Positions 56,800 to 64,000 of a stretch of 64,000 nt of DNA are shown one piece after another. How positions within the stretch are numbered: the stretch's first letter is position 1; each line of letters begins with the position of its first letter. Origin of the DNA: an uncultured Methanosarcinales archaeon (GTDB taxonomy: Archaea > Nanobdellota > Nanobdellia > Woesearchaeales > GW2011-AR9). The stretch lies in NCBI GenBank assembly GCA_964552945.1, contig CAZKIP010000005.1:2643-66642 (forward strand), given 5' to 3'. The position numbers and the translations under genes were made by a program. The notes under the pieces are model-generated. The model was not told the DNA's origin. It saw only the letters and a list, made by a program, of their open reading frames with translations, and did no database searches.

Positions 56800-57890
56800 G
56801 GCAACCAAGTTTTTTTATTCTTAATTTTTTCTGGAAGATAGGTATCAACAACATAATTCAATCCCCATTTAGCCAATGCTTGCTGTTCTGCCCTTACTTT
56901 CATCTTAGCCATTTGTTGTAAAGCTTTTTGCCACGGCTTATGGTGTTTAATAAAGGGATCGTTCTTAATCAAATCTTTAATTTTCTTAATATCTACATCT
57001 TTTAAAGGGTGAGAGGGTAATTTGTAGTTTACAATATCTTGTGGAGTAATTCCTATGAATTGTGCTTGAGGAACACAGAAATATTTGTTAATGTGGGCAG
57101 CATTACCCGAACCAACTTTCAAAGTTCTGTAAATGGAACCAAATCCGTAAGGGTCTCCGTCTGTAAAAACGTATACCGGCAACTTTTTTTCATCTGCCAA
57201 CTTTCTAATAAACCTTCGACATGCTCTTGTAGGAACTCCTCCCATAGCGATTAGGATACAATTTGCTTTTCTCCAATATTTATGTTTGTTTAGACGTTCA
57301 AACATACCGCTTGTTTCAATAGCTAGAACAAATTTAGCTTTTGTTTTGAATTTTAAATGTTCTACCGAACTTGGAACTGAATAAGCACCAGAACCGAACT
57401 TTGTACAATCAATCTCTAAACTCTTTCCAGTTTCTTGATCTTTATCAACAACTACCAATTCTCCAGCAACCGCCCCTCCCTTTTCTTCAGGGATGAAACC
57501 TATCTGTTCTCTGTTAACGGCCATCATTGCTTCGATATCATCCATCACGGAATCTGATTCTGGTTGTTCCTTAAAGCGCGCATCTCCCCAGTTTTTACTT
57601 ACATAATAAGCTTCTCTTTTGGTTGCAATATCTTCAGTTTCAATAAGCTCTTTAGAAAGACCCATCATTCTCAATGTTTGAGCAAACGTTTTAATTGTGG
57701 ATGCTGTCAGAGTCCTTGTTTTAACTTTATGTAATAATTTGAAATATCCTTCTTTGTCATCATAAGAAACATTACTTAGGGATCTAATTGGCATTTCTAA
57801 CTGTGGAGATTTAATTAGTTTGATTTTACCATAGACTTCTTTTGCTACTTCCTTAATCTTTTCTACAACTTGGTTATCTTTTTTAGCCAT
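56796..57890 (-). CDS. top6A: DNA topoisomerase VI subunit A (Spo11-like)
   Basis: Toprim region LIAMGGVPTRACRRFIRKL...VYVFTDGDPYGF and winged-helix catalytic region; 364 aa. Confidence 0.85.
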   Translation of the reverse strand: MAKKDNQVVEKIKEVAKEVYGKIKLIKSPQLEMPIRSLSNVSYDDKEGYFKLLHKVKTRTLTASTIKTFAQTLRMMGLSKELIETEDIATKREAYYVSKNWGDARFKEQPESDSVMDDIEAMMAVNREQIGFIPEEKGGAVAGELVVVDKDQETGKSLEIDCTKFGSGAYSVPSSVEHLKFKTKAKFVLAIETSGMFERLNKHKYWRKANCILIAMGGVPTRACRRFIRKLADEKKLPVYVFTDGDPYGFGSIYRTLKVGSGNAAHINKYFCVPQAQFIGITPQDIVNYKLPSHPLKDVDIKKIKDLIKNDPFIKHHKPWQKALQQMAKMKVRAEQQALAKWGLNYVVDTYLPEKIKNKKTWLP

Positions 57891-57898
57891 TTTAATTA

Positions 57899-59698
57899 TT
57901 AATCAAATAATGTTTTTTGCCTTTCTCCTTTACTTTCTTCTTCATTCTCTTCTTCAGCATTTTTAGTTTCTTCTTTTTCTACTTCCTTCTCTACTTTTTC
58001 ATCATTTTTGACTTCTTTGTTTTCATTTTCCTTAGGTTCTTCTTTTCCAATTTTTGCTAATTCCGGATCATAATCTGGATTATTTACACCAATTTCTTCC
58101 AGCTCTCCTCTTGTGTGTTCTAAAATTTCACCCAGATTGTCTTCAATTATTTTTTTATTAATTTCATCAAATCCAATTATTTCTTTCAATGCATCTGCAA
58201 CATGGGGGATGTATTTTTCAATGTAACTTCTTTTCTTAGCTTCATCTTTTATCCTTTTCTTTTTATTAACAAAACTTGCAAGTTTACGCCCACACTCTTG
58301 CAATGATAATTTTATTTCTTTAATTATTCCATTGTAATGGGCCAAAGCTTCTTTAGATTCTGAAGTAAAAGGGACCCACACAGAAGTCATATGGATGACG
58401 ATGGTACAAGGACCTACAGGAATAGAACTTCTACTTTGTTGTAAACCATAATTTCTCCAGGAGGTATTTTGAACAGAATTGGTTATTGCACAAGCCCCTT
58501 GTTGGTATAGTAGAGGAACTCTATTTGCAAAACGCATAATTCTAACAGTGGAATCTGCAGATTGTTCTCCACCATAAGCCATTGCAGTTTCAATAACAAA
58601 AGGATTCCCTCTGTAAACACTAGCCGGTCTTGTGGCTGAACAATAGAACTCTGCATTTATTTCTTTCCTTAAACCTTTTTCTAACAATTCTGCGCCAATG
58701 GGGGAAATACAATCTGTAGGCGGAGAAATTATTTTTGTTTTTTGAATGCCTTTATACAAATTCTCTGCCATATCTCTCCCAATTTTTTTAGGTTTTGTTT
58801 TTGGCAATAAAGAAGAATTAGCACAAATTTCTTTAGCTGTACCTGCCCCTACTCTTACAAACTCGCTAGTTAGAAATTGTTGAAGAGTTTTTGCTGGAGT
58901 TGTTTCCAACATTTTGATAAGCCTTCCCAGTTCTATTCCATAAGGGTGGGGTTTAATCTCTTTAGGTTCTGGAGGTAAATCTTCGCTTGCTCTTGGAAAA
59001 ATAAATTGTTTTGCTTCAGGATTCGTATAAATTACTGTACAATGAGGATTTACAATAGCTGTTTGTTTAAGATATTCATCAACGGATTGTCTTCCTTTGT
59101 TGTAACTTCCTTCCATGTCAATCTCAATTTTGGTTCCGTGATCTTTTTCTTCCCATTCAATTTCTTCTTCTCCTAACAATTGAGGGTTGTTAGTTTGAGT
59201 GTTAATTTTTATCTTAACTAAGTTGGCCATTTCAGATTTACCAGTTTTAGAAACAATTGTGGCTGGTTTACCTGTAGTGAGTTGTCCATATAAAACGGCT
59301 GCCGAGATACCTATCCCTTGTTGTCCTCTGGTTGCAGATAGTTTATGGAATTTACTCCCATAAAGAAGCTTAGCAAAAATTTTTGGAATTTGTTTTTTAA
59401 TTATCCCTGGCCCGTTATCTTCTATGATTACCCTAAACCTACTATCACTTAGTTGAATAAGCTCCACATTTATCTCTGGCAAAATTCGTGCTTCTTCACA
59501 TGCATCTAGTGCATTGTCAACTGCTTCTTTCACAGCTGTCATCAAAGCTCTTCTTGGATTGTCAAAGCCTAATAAATGTCTGTTCTTTTCAAAGAATTCG
59601 GCAATTGATATCTCTCGATGTTTCTTTGCTAGTTCCTGAGCTGTCTTTTTAACCATTTGAAAAATGTAAAATTTAGTCTTTTTATAAGGTTTACTCAA
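57899..59698 (-). CDS. top6B: DNA topoisomerase VI subunit B (GHKL ATPase)
   Basis: Bergerat-fold motifs ELVDNALDA-like ([12 protein letters not shown]), [19 protein letters not shown]; transducer domain; Glu/Lys-rich tail. Confidence 0.85.
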   Translation of the reverse strand: MSKPYKKTKFYIFQMVKKTAQELAKKHREISIAEFFEKNRHLLGFDNPRRALMTAVKEAVDNALDACEEARILPEINVELIQLSDSRFRVIIEDNGPGIIKKQIPKIFAKLLYGSKFHKLSATRGQQGIGISAAVLYGQLTTGKPATIVSKTGKSEMANLVKIKINTQTNNPQLLGEEEIEWEEKDHGTKIEIDMEGSYNKGRQSVDEYLKQTAIVNPHCTVIYTNPEAKQFIFPRASEDLPPEPKEIKPHPYGIELGRLIKMLETTPAKTLQQFLTSEFVRVGAGTAKEICANSSLLPKTKPKKIGRDMAENLYKGIQKTKIISPPTDCISPIGAELLEKGLRKEINAEFYCSATRPASVYRGNPFVIETAMAYGGEQSADSTVRIMRFANRVPLLYQQGACAITNSVQNTSWRNYGLQQSRSSIPVGPCTIVIHMTSVWVPFTSESKEALAHYNGIIKEIKLSLQECGRKLASFVNKKKRIKDEAKKRSYIEKYIPHVADALKEIIGFDEINKKIIEDNLGEILEHTRGELEEIGVNNPDYDPELAKIGKEEPKENENKEVKNDEKVEKEVEKEETKNAEEENEEESKGERQKTLFD

Positions 59699-59804
59699 TT
59701 ATTAAGGAATATTCCAATTAAACAATAAAATTAATCTATATAAACCTACTCCTGACAATACAAACCTTTATATAACTATTTTTTAATAGAATCAGAGAGA
59801 AAAA

Positions 59805-61337
59805 ATGGGTCAACAAGTTGAGGGAAACCTCTTAACAATGCAGGAATTACAATTGAACAAATTACTTATTCTAACAAAATACAAAAAATATTTGGCAACA
59901 CAACTTTCAAAGTTGGCAGATTATACTAATAAGTTTGAATACCCCCATATATTTGATATTGGTTTTGAATGTGAAGGCTGGTTTTTAGATAAAAATCTTA
60001 ATCCTGCTCCAGTTTATGACTTTATCAATGAAAAAGTGGGAGGTACTATTGGTAGAGAACTTCTTTCCTGTCAGTGGGAGGTTAGGAATGAGAAAGATAA
60101 CTTGCTTAAATTATCACGCCCCTTGTCAGAAATAAATTCCAGAATAAAGGGTGTCTTTTCAGAATTAATCAAAGTTGCTAAAAAAGAGGGATTACATCTT
60201 CTTTTAATTGGTGGTTTTCCTTGGTTTACTGCGGAAGGAGCAAATAAGATGATTACCGATTCGGTACGCCATCGAAAAGTAATTCAATATGTTGATTCCT
60301 ATGAAACAAACAATTTTTCCATCCCTTTTGAAGATGGAAATCAAGAAAGAAGTGGGATGATCTTTGAAGGGTTTACAACTTCTGTACAAATCACCATTCG
60401 TGTTTCTCCCATCTTTGCTTCTTTATATCATGATTCTTACTATCTTATTGCGCCTATTCTTTTAGCAATAACTGCTTATTCTCCATTCATCGAAGGAAAA
60501 CCAACTTTATCAGATAGTACCAGGGCTCTAATAATTGGTGATGCTGTTTATGGTTTTTCTGAAGAAGATAAAGAGATTGGACATCCTAGTAGATGGGGTC
60601 CTCTCCCTCCGCTTTCATTTCCTGATGCTAAACCAAGTAAATGGGCTAACGAAGATCTTTACAATCTTCTAAGAAATAGTAAAGTCCCTAACGGGGTTTC
60701 ACTTCATTTTGCTGAAGCTACAGGAAAAGGAGAAGGTCATCTTCTAGTAACCGATTCAGATTTGGAAAAAGATCCAGAGAAAGAATTTCCTTCTCCCATC
60801 ATGTGGCCATATGTTAAGTTTCAACCATTTAGAATGAACGAAGATGGGATTTTGGTTGAGTTACGTTACATTGAAAATTTACGTTCTCCGGAAGAAGTTT
60901 CTCTCTTTGTACCCTTTATGGCAACAATGTTGGAGGTAGTTACCCATGAAATGCATTTACAAAAAATTTTCCCTTTATCTCTTTCTAGTTTTTGTGAAAA
61001 TGAAAAGATTTGTCTTTCTAGGGATGCTCTGTTAAAAAATAAAGCAATTAATTGGCCTCATGAAGGAGAAGTAATCAAACGACCTATGAAAGATATTGTT
61101 AGAGAGTTGGTTGAAAGAATGATTCCTCTTTTCCACAAAAATGGACATACTTTTGAAGATATTGAAAAAATGTGTAATCCTTTTATTTCACGCGTGGGGA
61201 TAAAAGTTGTTGGTGATAAAATAGAACCTTGTACTCCTTCAGAAACTGCTGCACAAGAACTTCGTAGGAAAGGTCAAGAAAGTAAAAATAAGGGTATTGA
61301 ATTACGAAGAGATATGATTGGTGAATATCTTTTTTGA
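59805..61337 (+). CDS. Putative carboxylate-amine ligase (glutamate-cysteine ligase family 2-like), tentative
   Basis: 510 aa; IGFECEGWFLD resembles the GCS2 xGxExEfxlxD motif; otherwise unassigned. Confidence 0.3.
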   Translation: MGQQVEGNLLTMQELQLNKLLILTKYKKYLATQLSKLADYTNKFEYPHIFDIGFECEGWFLDKNLNPAPVYDFINEKVGGTIGRELLSCQWEVRNEKDNLLKLSRPLSEINSRIKGVFSELIKVAKKEGLHLLLIGGFPWFTAEGANKMITDSVRHRKVIQYVDSYETNNFSIPFEDGNQERSGMIFEGFTTSVQITIRVSPIFASLYHDSYYLIAPILLAITAYSPFIEGKPTLSDSTRALIIGDAVYGFSEEDKEIGHPSRWGPLPPLSFPDAKPSKWANEDLYNLLRNSKVPNGVSLHFAEATGKGEGHLLVTDSDLEKDPEKEFPSPIMWPYVKFQPFRMNEDGILVELRYIENLRSPEEVSLFVPFMATMLEVVTHEMHLQKIFPLSLSSFCENEKICLSRDALLKNKAINWPHEGEVIKRPMKDIVRELVERMIPLFHKNGHTFEDIEKMCNPFISRVGIKVVGDKIEPCTPSETAAQELRRKGQESKNKGIELRRDMIGEYLF

Positions 61338-61341
61338 AATT

Positions 61342-61875
61342 TTATCCAAACATCATTAACTTTTTCTGTTTTTCTAAGAATTGATAAACTGTTTTGTGCA
61401 TTGAACCTTGTAAAAGCATTGCTACGGCCCTTCTAGCTGTTGCTACTTGATTGATTTCTCCAATAATTCCAATTGTTTTTCCATAAATAGAAATGTTACA
61501 TTCTGTTAGACGTTCAATTTCTTCCCTAGATTTTCCACCTTTTCCAATAACTCTCCCTTTAAGCCGTTGTAGAGTGTTTTTACTTTTTCCTGCAATATCT
61601 TTCATATCTATCATTTCTAATGCATAATCTGGTTTTAGTAGGAGAAGAGCAATTTTTGGGTTGAATCCTCTAGCAATTGCTTTAACAATCTCTTTAGTTG
61701 TATAAAGAAGTATTCCATCTTCTCCTTTAATAATAACATCTCCTTCTTTTGATATATCTAGCTCACTTTTTGTAGCTTCTTCAATTTCTTTTTTAGTTTC
61801 TCCTCCTTTGCCAATTAGTACAGCGACCCTCTCTTGGGGTATTTTCAGTTCGTAAGAAAATTCTTGTTCTTCCAT
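61342..61875 (-). CDS. Tandem-KH-domain RNA-binding protein (archaeal Dim2/Pno1/KRR1-like)
   Basis: Two KH GxxG loops (IGKGGETKK, IGKGGKSRE); adjacent to the Rio kinase as in archaeal ribosome-biogenesis loci. Confidence 0.65.
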   Translation of the reverse strand: MEEQEFSYELKIPQERVAVLIGKGGETKKEIEEATKSELDISKEGDVIIKGEDGILLYTTKEIVKAIARGFNPKIALLLLKPDYALEMIDMKDIAGKSKNTLQRLKGRVIGKGGKSREEIERLTECNISIYGKTIGIIGEINQVATARRAVAMLLQGSMHKTVYQFLEKQKKLMMFG

Positions 61876-61876
61876 A

Positions 61877-62599
61877 TTATTTTTTTTCTTTACCTGCTTT
61901 TTTAATCTTTTGGAGGATTTTTTCAGAATCAGCTATAATCCCTCTTTTTTTGAAGTATTGAAGCAAATTTTTTATATCTCTTATTAGGAGTTCTTCCGAG
62001 TTTGGAGTTCTTACTAAAGTGGCTTGTGAAAAATCAATAAGAACGGGTTTATCATTGTAATTAAGGATATTGAAGGCGGAAAGATCCCCATGAATAAGTC
62101 CTCCCTTATACAATTTGGCGACTTGTTTAATGGTTTCGTTGAAAAATTCTTTTGGATCATTAGGGGCCAGATCTTTAAGAGGTGGCGCAGGTTCTTCATC
62201 TCCTATGAACTCTTCAATTAGGATATGGTTTCTCCAAGCTAAAGGTTTTGGAACTCTAACTTTAACTTTTTCTGCCCTCAATAAATTTTTGTATTCTCTC
62301 TGGGTCCAAGCAAGGATAATTTGCCTTCGATGTTTTTTTAGGAATTCATATCTTGGGTCTTTTCTAATGTAACTAAACATTGTGTTAAAATCACAATTTT
62401 GCATTCTATAAATTTTGATAATGACTTTTTTCTCTTTACTTAAGCCAATAAAAACATTACTCTCTTTACCAATTGATAAAGGTCCTACCAAAGAATCAAA
62501 TTTTCCTCTACTTTGGAGGTCAAAAAGGGTCCGATTTGTGAATTCATCAAAAACTCCTTTTTCAGTTTTGAATCGTTCTTGGTAAGTTAAAGTAACCAT
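61877..62599 (-). CDS. rio1: RIO-type serine/threonine protein kinase (Rio1-like)
   Basis: GKESNVF ATP loop, catalytic LIHGDLSAFNIL, DFSQA metal-binding motif; 240 aa. Confidence 0.8.
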   Translation of the reverse strand: MVTLTYQERFKTEKGVFDEFTNRTLFDLQSRGKFDSLVGPLSIGKESNVFIGLSKEKKVIIKIYRMQNCDFNTMFSYIRKDPRYEFLKKHRRQIILAWTQREYKNLLRAEKVKVRVPKPLAWRNHILIEEFIGDEEPAPPLKDLAPNDPKEFFNETIKQVAKLYKGGLIHGDLSAFNILNYNDKPVLIDFSQATLVRTPNSEELLIRDIKNLLQYFKKRGIIADSEKILQKIKKAGKEKK

Positions 62600-63233
62600 A
62601 AATAGTCAGTTTTTTCGAATGTTTAAATAGTTTTGCAGAGTTTTATTGTGTTGTCCTTAAAAAGTAACAACAATAGCGAAACATTTATATATTAGTACCT
62701 CCAAGAAGTAACAACACACCTCAAAACCACCTCTTTTCCTCAGTGGATTTGGAAACTCAATCGCTTCGGCGAAAGTAGTGCCTAAATTCGCTGGGGTTTT
62801 TCTTTTTTAAATAAGTCAATATTTCCCCTTATTGCCCTTTTGGGGCCATTATTTCTCTTTTTAATCAAAAAACCAATTAATTTACCGAAGGTTTTATATA
62901 ATAGAAGAACTAATTTTTAATTAGCCCGGCACGAGAGTACCTTTGGGAGTTGACGGCAATCGCCAAGCAATGAATAAAGGGGTTAGTGGAACGGGCTTCA
63001 TAATTACTCAGAAAATTTGAATATTATCCTTATCATTCACTATACTGTATCACCAAGTTTGCTTAGGATTAGTTCTGTTTTCTGAATCATAAAATAATAA
63101 CAAAGAAAGGGTTTCCTTTATCACATTCATACTCACTACATCATTGTGCTGGATAGCTCTTTCTAGAGGAAAAAAATGGTAAAAATAAAGAATATCATTT
63201 TTAGTATTTAAAAATCATGGAGGATTTTTTAAA

Positions 63234-64000
63234 ATGGCAAAAATAAGCCCAGTAGCGGCAAAATATATTGTTCAATCATCTATAATTATTGAAGGAATCG
63301 TTGATCGGCCTGATGTAATAGGCGCGATTTTTGGACAAACTGAAGGTTTACTTGGTAACGAGCTTGAATTAAGGGAGTTACAAAGAAGCGGAAGAATTGG
63401 TAGAATTGAAGTTAATTTATCTACAAATAGGGGTAAGACTTCTGGTGAGATAATCATTCCTAGTTCTTTAGATAAAACAGAGACAGTTATTGTAGCTGCT
63501 TCTCTAGAAATTATTCAAAGAATTGGTCCTTGTAACGCTAAAATTAAGGTTGACAAAATTGAAGACGTTCGTACAAGTAAAAGACAATTTGTTGTTCAAA
63601 GAGCTAAGGAATTACTTAAATTTCTTACTGAAACAACCCTTCCTGATTCACAAGAATTGGCTGATGAAGTTTCTCAGTCAGTTAGAATGATGGAAGTTGT
63701 TGAGTTTGGCAGAGAAAGACTTGCTGCAGGTCCTGCAATTGAAGATAGTGATGAAATAATCATTGTTGAAGGAAGAGCAGATGTACTAAATCTTTTGAAG
63801 CATGGATTTAAGAACGTAATTGCTTTAAATGGTACTTCTTGTCCGGAATCAATCAAAGAGTTGACTAAGAGAAAGACTTCAGTTTTATTTGTTGATGGAG
63901 ATAGGGGAGGAAACCTAATTATTCGTGAACTTTTAAGTGTGGCTGAGATTGATTTTGTTAGTAAAGCTCCTGATGGAAAGGAAGTTGAAGAAATTACTAA
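63234..64000 (+). CDS. dnaG: DnaG-type primase (archaeal, Toprim), 3'-truncated by the window end
   Basis: N-terminal PDVIGAIFGQTEGLLG and Toprim IIVEGRADVLNLLKHGFKNVIALNG...VLFVDGDRGG; open to the window end. Confidence 0.75.
   Translation, partial: MAKISPVAAKYIVQSSIIIEGIVDRPDVIGAIFGQTEGLLGNELELRELQRSGRIGRIEVNLSTNRGKTSGEIIIPSSLDKTETVIVAASLEIIQRIGPCNAKIKVDKIEDVRTSKRQFVVQRAKELLKFLTETTLPDSQELADEVSQSVRMMEVVEFGRERLAAGPAIEDSDEIIIVEGRADVLNLLKHGFKNVIALNGTSCPESIKELTKRKTSVLFVDGDRGGNLIIRELLSVAEIDFVSKAPDGKEVEEIT

Noticed and set aside
62900-63010. RNase P RNA assignment for the GC-rich segment
   Set aside because: Only a loose resemblance to the CR-V/P4 consensus, and no clear GGAAAGTCC-type CR-I element. 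Kept only as a candidate ncRNA region in the findings, not as a feature.
1-64000. Mobile elements (IS, integrase, transposase) and rRNA genes
   Set aside because: No ORF shows DDE/transposase, tyrosine/serine recombinase or rRNA-like signatures. The only insertion-like structure is the 29-bp direct-repeat cassette reported in the findings.

Overview
This is a 64-kb segment of an AT-rich (~30% GC), gene-dense chromosome that I read as archaeal, probably a small-genome DPANN-like archaeon. The archaeal assignment rests on the genes present: topoisomerase VI subunits A and B, DnaG primase, the Hef helicase/nuclease, a Hel308-like helicase fragment, Rio1 kinase next to a Dim2/Pno1-type KH protein, Nog1-like and circularly permuted GTPases, and an archaeal-type TrpRS. 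It also rests on TATA boxes ~25-30 nt upstream of mostly leaderless starts, with a few clear GGAGG Shine-Dalgarno sites, and on six tRNA genes that all carry introns. I count at least nine tRNA introns, most at non-canonical positions (D-loop, T-arm), including a tRNA-Ile with three and a tRNA-Phe with two. Mixed in are bacterial-type genes: a sufBSUC Fe-S operon with SufS and SufU, GyrA, a NUDIX-DUF1653 fusion, and a frameshifted class-I fructose-1,6-bisphosphatase that is GC-richer than its surroundings. The accessory content is two cell-surface loci. The first is a block of 55-bp tandem repeats followed by two paralogous lipoproteins built from cadherin/Ig-like repeats. The second is an ArsR-family regulator translationally coupled to a 1973-aa, heavily N-glycosylation-sequon-rich surface protein with two LamG domains, a beta-helix region, three Ig-like repeats, a transmembrane anchor and a cytoplasmic tail. 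This giant gene contains a near-identical ~930-bp internal tandem duplication. Other notable structure includes a Hel308 gene encoding only the C-terminal two-thirds of the helicase, a perfect 16-bp palindrome over the suf operon start, a perfect 29-bp direct repeat flanking a one-gene insert between NUDIX and the broken fbp, dispersed type-IV-filament genes (a FlaI-like ATPase and a FlaJ-like platform protein), a membrane adenylate cyclase next to an HTH_10 regulator, and a 630-bp gene-free region that may hold a structured RNA. I see no rRNA, no CRISPR array and no recognisable transposase or integrase. All calls come from reading the sequence and the ORF track by eye; no searches were run.
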